Part shown: positions 19,494-24,000 of the stretch, one piece after another | How the letters are laid out: each line of letters opens with the position of its first letter | Numbering within the stretch: the first letter of the stretch is position 1 | Origin: an uncultured Alphaproteobacteria bacterium | Lineage (GTDB): Bacteria > Pseudomonadota > Alphaproteobacteria > Sphingomonadales > Sphingomonadaceae | NCBI GenBank assembly: GCA_963792555.1 | Contig: CAWBWP010000004.1 | Span: forward strand, 472,809-496,808 | Length of the DNA stretch: 24,000 nt | Reading direction: 5' to 3' | Program-made: the position numbers and the translations under genes | Notes under the pieces: generated by a model | Databases searched by the model: none | Seen by the model: the letters and a program-made list of their open reading frames with translations, nothing else | Told to the model about the DNA's origin: nothing

Positions 19494-20632
19494 CCGCTGC
19501 CGACGCCCTCGCCGTTTACGTCCATTGGCCCTTCTGCGTATCGAAGTGCCCGTATTGCGACTTCAACAGCCACGTCCGCATTCATATCGACGAGGCAGCT
19601 TGGCGCGATGCCCTGCTCGCCGACCTCGCGCACGAGGCGGCGCTGACGCCGGGACGGACGGTCGGCAGCATCTTCTTCGGCGGCGGCACCCCGTCGCTGA
19701 TGGCCCCGGCGACGGTCGCGGCGGTGATCGACGCCGTCGCCCGCCACTGGCGGCTGGCCGAAGGCTGCGAAATCACGCTGGAAGCCAATCCGTCGAGCGT
19801 CGAGGCGGCGCGCTTCGCCGGCTTTGCCGCCGCCGGCATCGGTCGCGTCAGCCTGGGACTGCAGGCGCTCGACGACGGCGACCTCCAGGCGCTTGGCCGG
19901 CCGCACGACCTCGCGCAAGGGTTGGCGGCCCTCGACGTCGCGCAGGCGACCTTCCCGCGCGTTTCACTCGACCTCATCTACCAGCGGCCCGACCAGACGC
20001 TCGACGCCTGGGCGGCCGAGCTGGCGCGCGCCCTTGCGTTCGGCACCGAGCACCTGTCGCTCTACGGCCTGACGATCGAGCCGGGGACGCGCTTCGCCAC
20101 GCTCCAGGCCAAGGGCGAGCTGGTCGTGCCGGGCGAGGACGCCGCCGCCGACCTGTTCGACCTGACCGCGACGATGACGGCAGACGCCGGGCGTCCGGCC
20201 TATGAGGTGTCGAACCATGCCCGTCCGGGGGCCGGCAGCCGCCATAATCTCAGCTATTGGACCTATGCCGATTACGTCGGCGTCGGCCCCGGCGCGCATG
20301 GACGGCGCGCGGGCGCGGCGACGGTGCGGCACAAGAAGCCGGAGAACTGGCTCGCCGCCGTCGCCGCCCAGGGGCACGGGATCGCCACGAGCGAGCCGCT
20401 CGACGCCGCGACGCGCGGGCGCGAGGCGCTGATGATGGGGCTGCGGCTGACCGACGGCATCGATGCAGCCAGCTTTGCGGCGCGGACCGGCACGACGCTG
20501 GCGACGGCGGTCGATCCGGTCCGGCTGGCCCGGCTGGTCGACCTTGGCTTCGTCGCCGCCGACGAGGCGAACCTCCGCCTGACGCCCAGAGGACGGCCGC
20601 TGCTCAACGCGATCCTCGCCGAACTCGTCTGA
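19490..20632 (+). CDS. hemW: Radical SAM family heme chaperone HemW
   Basis: Starts with GTG; YVHWPFCVSKCPYCDFNSHV (CxxxCxxC), SIFFGGGTPSLM, ITLEANPSS, HLSLYGLTIEPGTRF, YWTYADYVGVGPGAHG. Confidence 0.96.
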   Translation: MTAADALAVYVHWPFCVSKCPYCDFNSHVRIHIDEAAWRDALLADLAHEAALTPGRTVGSIFFGGGTPSLMAPATVAAVIDAVARHWRLAEGCEITLEANPSSVEAARFAGFAAAGIGRVSLGLQALDDGDLQALGRPHDLAQGLAALDVAQATFPRVSLDLIYQRPDQTLDAWAAELARALAFGTEHLSLYGLTIEPGTRFATLQAKGELVVPGEDAAADLFDLTATMTADAGRPAYEVSNHARPGAGSRHNLSYWTYADYVGVGPGAHGRRAGAATVRHKKPENWLAAVAAQGHGIATSEPLDAATRGREALMMGLRLTDGIDAASFAARTGTTLATAVDPVRLARLVDLGFVAADEANLRLTPRGRPLLNAILAELV

Positions 20633-20652
20633 GCGCGCCATAGTCGCAGGCG

Positions 20653-21666
20653 ATGTTCGCGACCCTGCGCCCGCTGCTGTTCCGCCTCGACCCCGAGCGC
20701 GCGCACGCACTGACGATCGCCGCCCTCGCCACCGGCCTCGGGCCGCGCGGGCATGGCGACGATCCGATCCTGGCGACCCGGCTTGCGGGTCTTGATCTGC
20801 CCAACCCGCTGGGGCTGGCGGCGGGGTTCGACAAGGACGCGCGGGTACCGGGCGCCATGCTGCGGCTGGGCTTCGGCTTCGTCGAAGTCGGCACGGTGAC
20901 GCCGCGCCCGCAGGCGGGCAATCCGCGCCCGCGCGTCTTCCGGCTGGTCGCGAGCGGGGCGGTGATCAACCGCCTCGGCTTCAACAATGGTGGCGTCGCG
21001 GCGGCGCTGGCGCGGCTGCGCGCGCGGCGGCCCGCCGGCGTCGTCGGGGTCAACATCGGGGCGAACAAGGACTCGGCCGACCGCGTCGCCGACTATGCCT
21101 TCGGCGCGGCGGCGGCGGCCAACGTCGCCGACTATCTGACGGTCAACGTCTCGTCGCCGAACACGCCGGGCCTGCGCGGGCTGCAGGACCCCGGCGAGCT
21201 GGCGGCGCTGGTCGCCGCCGTGCTCGCAGCGGCCGCGGCGACGCCGGTGTTCGTCAAGGTCGCGCCCGATCTCGATGCCGGCGCGATCGACGGCATCGCC
21301 CGCGTCGCGCTCGACAGCGGCGTCGCCGGGCTGATCGTGTCGAACACGACGCTGGCCCGGCCGGGCGTGACCAGCATCGAGGCCGGCGGACTGTCGGGCG
21401 CACCGCTGTTCGCGCCGTCGACCGCGGTGCTGCGCGCCTTCGCCCGGGCCACGGGAGGCCGCCTGCCGCTGATCGGCGTCGGCGGCGTCGCGAGCGGGGC
21501 GGACGCCTACGCCAAGCTGCGGGCGGGGGCGAGCGCCGTCCAGCTTTATACCGGCCTCGTCTTTCACGGCCCGGGGCTGGTCGGGCGGATTAAGGCGGAG
21601 CTTGCCGCCGCCCTGCGCCGCGACGGGCTGGCGACGGTCGCCGAGGCGGTCGGCCTCGACGCTTGA
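20653..21666 (+). CDS. pyrD: Quinone-dependent dihydroorotate dehydrogenase
   Basis: NPLGLAAGFDKDARVPGAMLRLGFGFVEVGTVTPRPQ.GNPRPRVFRL, NRLGFNNGG, VNVSSPNTPGLR, IGVGGVASG. Confidence 0.98.
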   Translation: MFATLRPLLFRLDPERAHALTIAALATGLGPRGHGDDPILATRLAGLDLPNPLGLAAGFDKDARVPGAMLRLGFGFVEVGTVTPRPQAGNPRPRVFRLVASGAVINRLGFNNGGVAAALARLRARRPAGVVGVNIGANKDSADRVADYAFGAAAAANVADYLTVNVSSPNTPGLRGLQDPGELAALVAAVLAAAAATPVFVKVAPDLDAGAIDGIARVALDSGVAGLIVSNTTLARPGVTSIEAGGLSGAPLFAPSTAVLRAFARATGGRLPLIGVGGVASGADAYAKLRAGASAVQLYTGLVFHGPGLVGRIKAELAAALRRDGLATVAEAVGLDA

Positions 21667-21720
21667 TCGCCCGGGCCGGCGCGATATGGTCGCACACGGG
21701 GCAACCAGAAGGACATAAGC

Positions 21721-23403
21721 GTGAAGCACTGGATCGCGTGCGCGCTGGCGCTGATGCCGGCGGCCGCGCTGGCCAAGGTCCCCGGTAGCGCCCCGGCGAT
21801 GGTCTCCGCCGCCGACCCGCGCGCCGCAGCGGCCGGGATCGCCATGCTCAAGGCCGGCGGCAACGCGATGGATGCCGTGGCGGCGACGGCGATCGCGCTG
21901 ACGGTGGTCGAGCCGCAGTCGTCGGGCATCGGCGGCGGCGGGCTGCTCGTCTACCAGGTCGCCGGCGGGCGGGCACCGGTGACCTTCGACGGGCGCGAGA
22001 AGGCCACGATGGCGGCGACCGACCGGCTGTTCCTGCAGCCCGACGGCTCACCGCAGCCGCGCGGGCAGGCGATCCCCGGCGGCAAGTCGGTCGGCGTGCC
22101 GGGCAATGTCGCCATGCTGAAGCTGGCGCACGACCGGTACGGCCGCCTGGCGTGGGCGAAGCTGTTCGCCCCGGCGGTCGCCCTCGCCCGCGGCGGCTAT
22201 GACATCACCCCGCGCCTCGCCGCCTCGATCGCCGGCAGCGCCCGGACCCTGGCCCGCCAGCCGGCGGCGGCGGCGCTGTTCCTCCACGCCGACGGCACGC
22301 CGAAGCACGCCGGCGAGCATATCGTTAACGAGGCGCTGGCGCAGACCCTGGAGGCGATCGCCGCCCGGGGACCGAGCGCCTTCTACGCCGGGGCGAACGC
22401 CGCCGCGCTGGTCGCTGCGGTCGACCACGCCCCGACCAATCCGTCGACGATGACGGTGGCCGACCTCGCCGCCTATCAGGCCAAGGAACGCCCGCCCGTG
22501 TGCGGGGCCTACCGCCAGTACCGCGTCTGCTCGATGGGCCCGCCGTCGGCCGGGGGCACGGCCGTCGTCGCCATCCTCGGCCAACTCCAGGGCTTCGATC
22601 TCGGGGCGATGGGCAAGGAGTCGCCCGTCGCCTGGCACCTGTTCGCCGAAAGCGAGCGCCTCGCCTTCGCCGACCGTGCGGCTTATGGCGGCGACGCCGA
22701 CTTCGTCACCGTGCCGGTCGCCGGGCTGACCGACGCGGCCTATCTGCGCGACCGGGCGAAGCTGATCTCGCCGACCGCCGTCATCCCCCATGCCGAGCCG
22801 GGCCGGCCGAAGGGGGCACCGCCGCGCGCCGCGCCCAAGTCGGGCGAGATCCCGTCGACGAGCGACATGGCCGTCGCCGACGCGAGCGGCAACGTCGCCT
22901 CGCTGACCTCGACCGTCGAGGGCGCGTTCGGCTCGTCCCTGGTCGCGGGCGGCTACGTCCTCAACAACGAGCTGACCGACTTCGATTTCGTGCCCGAGGT
23001 CGCCGGCGCCCTGGTCGCTAACCGCGTCCAGCCGGGCAAGCGCCCGCGCTCGTCGATGTCGCCGTCGATCGTCTATGACCAGTCGGGCCGGGTCGTGCTC
23101 GTCGTCGGCGCGGCGGGCGGCCCGACGATCCCGGCGCAGGTCGCGAAAGCGATCGTCGCGGTGCTCGACTGGCACCTGCCGATCCAGGAAGCGATCGCCC
23201 TGCCGCTGCTCTACACCAACGACGACACCGTCGTTCTGGAGAAGGACACGCCCCTCGCGGCGATCGCACCGGCGCTGAAGGCCATGGGTCATACGGTCGT
23301 CGTCTTCCCGCTGCCGCTCAAGGCGAACGGCATCGAGCGCGTCCCCGGCGGCTGGCGCGGAGGAGCCGACCCCCGCAGCGAGGGCGTCGCGCTCGGCCTG
23401 TGA
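21721..23403 (+). CDS. ggt: Gamma-glutamyltransferase
   Basis: AAAGIAMLKAGGNAMDAVAATAIALTVVEPQSSGIGGGGLLVYQ; catalytic TSTVEGAFGSS; complete 560 aa with signal peptide. Confidence 0.97.
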   Translation: MKHWIACALALMPAAALAKVPGSAPAMVSAADPRAAAAGIAMLKAGGNAMDAVAATAIALTVVEPQSSGIGGGGLLVYQVAGGRAPVTFDGREKATMAATDRLFLQPDGSPQPRGQAIPGGKSVGVPGNVAMLKLAHDRYGRLAWAKLFAPAVALARGGYDITPRLAASIAGSARTLARQPAAAALFLHADGTPKHAGEHIVNEALAQTLEAIAARGPSAFYAGANAAALVAAVDHAPTNPSTMTVADLAAYQAKERPPVCGAYRQYRVCSMGPPSAGGTAVVAILGQLQGFDLGAMGKESPVAWHLFAESERLAFADRAAYGGDADFVTVPVAGLTDAAYLRDRAKLISPTAVIPHAEPGRPKGAPPRAAPKSGEIPSTSDMAVADASGNVASLTSTVEGAFGSSLVAGGYVLNNELTDFDFVPEVAGALVANRVQPGKRPRSSMSPSIVYDQSGRVVLVVGAAGGPTIPAQVAKAIVAVLDWHLPIQEAIALPLLYTNDDTVVLEKDTPLAAIAPALKAMGHTVVVFPLPLKANGIERVPGGWRGGADPRSEGVALGL

Positions 23404-24000
23404 TCGCCCCAGCGTCGCCGCTGCCCTCGCCGCTCGCCGACCGGGCGGACGCGGCGACCAACCTCGTTCTTCATTTCCTCGATCAGGCCGCGCGCTACGG
23501 CGACGACCCGTTCCTGTGGCGCAAGGCCGGCGGCGAGTGGCGGCCGCAGTCGTGGCGCGCGGTCGCCGACGAGGTCTCCCGGCTTGCCGCAGCCCTCACC
23601 GCACACGGTATCCGCCGCGGCGACCGGATCGTCCTGGTCAGCGAGAACCGGCCGGAGTGGTGCATCGCCGATCTCGGCATCATGGCCGCCGGCGCGATCA
23701 CGGTGCCGGCCTACACGACCAACAGCGAGGCCGACCACCGCCACATCCTGACCGACAGCGGCGCGGTCGCGGCGATCGTCTCGGGGCCGAAGCTTGCGGC
23801 CAACCTACTGCCCGCGGTGGCCGGCTGCGACGCCTGCCGGCTGGTCGTCGCCGTGGAGCCGCTGCGCGTCGCCCAGGCATCGGCGGCGACCGTCATCACG
23901 TGGTCGGCGCTGCTGGCCGGCCAGCGCGGCCGACCTCGCCCGGACCCGCGCCGGCCTGACCGCGGGCCGCGCCGACCTCGCCTGCCTGATCTACACCAGT
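23400..24000 (+). CDS. AMP-dependent synthetase / long-chain acyl-CoA ligase, truncated by window edge, with an apparent frameshift near 23910-23930
   Basis: GTGA overlap with the ggt stop. Frame 0: FLDQAARYGDDPFLWRKAGGEWRPQSWRAVADEVSRLAAALTAHGIRRGDRIVLVSENRPEWCIADLGIMAAGAITVPAYTTNS. ADLACLIYTS then continues in the +1 frame. Confidence 0.92.
   Translation, partial: MIAPASPLPSPLADRADAATNLVLHFLDQAARYGDDPFLWRKAGGEWRPQSWRAVADEVSRLAAALTAHGIRRGDRIVLVSENRPEWCIADLGIMAAGAITVPAYTTNSEADHRHILTDSGAVAAIVSGPKLAANLLPAVAGCDACRLVVAVEPLRVAQASAATVITWSALLAGQRGRPRPDPRRPDRGPRRPRLPDLHQ

Noticed and set aside
20272-21729. 485-aa minus-strand ORF opposite hemW/pyrD
   Set aside because: Antisense shadow ORF; both sense genes are intact, conserved and explain the codon usage.
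22048-23292. 414-aa minus-strand ORF opposite ggt
   Set aside because: Antisense shadow of a complete gamma-glutamyltransferase gene.

Overview
This is a GC-rich alphaproteobacterial window. PEPxxWA-CTERM proteins, a vgr-related HELTH protein and the hrcA/rph arrangement suggest Sphingomonadales, which is inference. It is mostly housekeeping DNA: SDR oxidoreductase, alpha/beta hydrolase, DUF2948 protein, murA, HAD hydrolase, bL36 (rpmJ), galE, DUF4136-like lipoprotein, M14 carboxypeptidase, gpmA, glycine-zipper protein, dnaJ, dnaK, PCu(A)C chaperone, quinol monooxygenase-like protein, grpE, hrcA, rph, rdgB, SnoaL-like protein, hemW, pyrD, ggt and the start of an AMP-dependent synthetase. The most informative non-housekeeping signals are: (1) a cobalamin riboswitch on the minus strand at about 300-480, upstream of a truncated secreted-protein ORF whose N-terminus fits a TonB-dependent (BtuB-type) receptor; (2) a divergent pair of PEPxxWA-CTERM proteins around an AT-richer intergenic region with a textbook sigma-54 -24/-12 promoter (TTGGCACG-N4-TTGCT, 5532-5548) and several inverted repeats; (3) a putative metzincin-like exported protein whose motif reads [11 protein letters not shown] instead of HExxHxxGxxH; (4) apparent frameshifts in two conserved genes (dnaJ and the synthetase) and possibly a third near the DUF4136 start, which suggests residual sequence error or real lesions. 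I found no convincing evidence of a new defence, mobile or otherwise undescribed multi-gene system.
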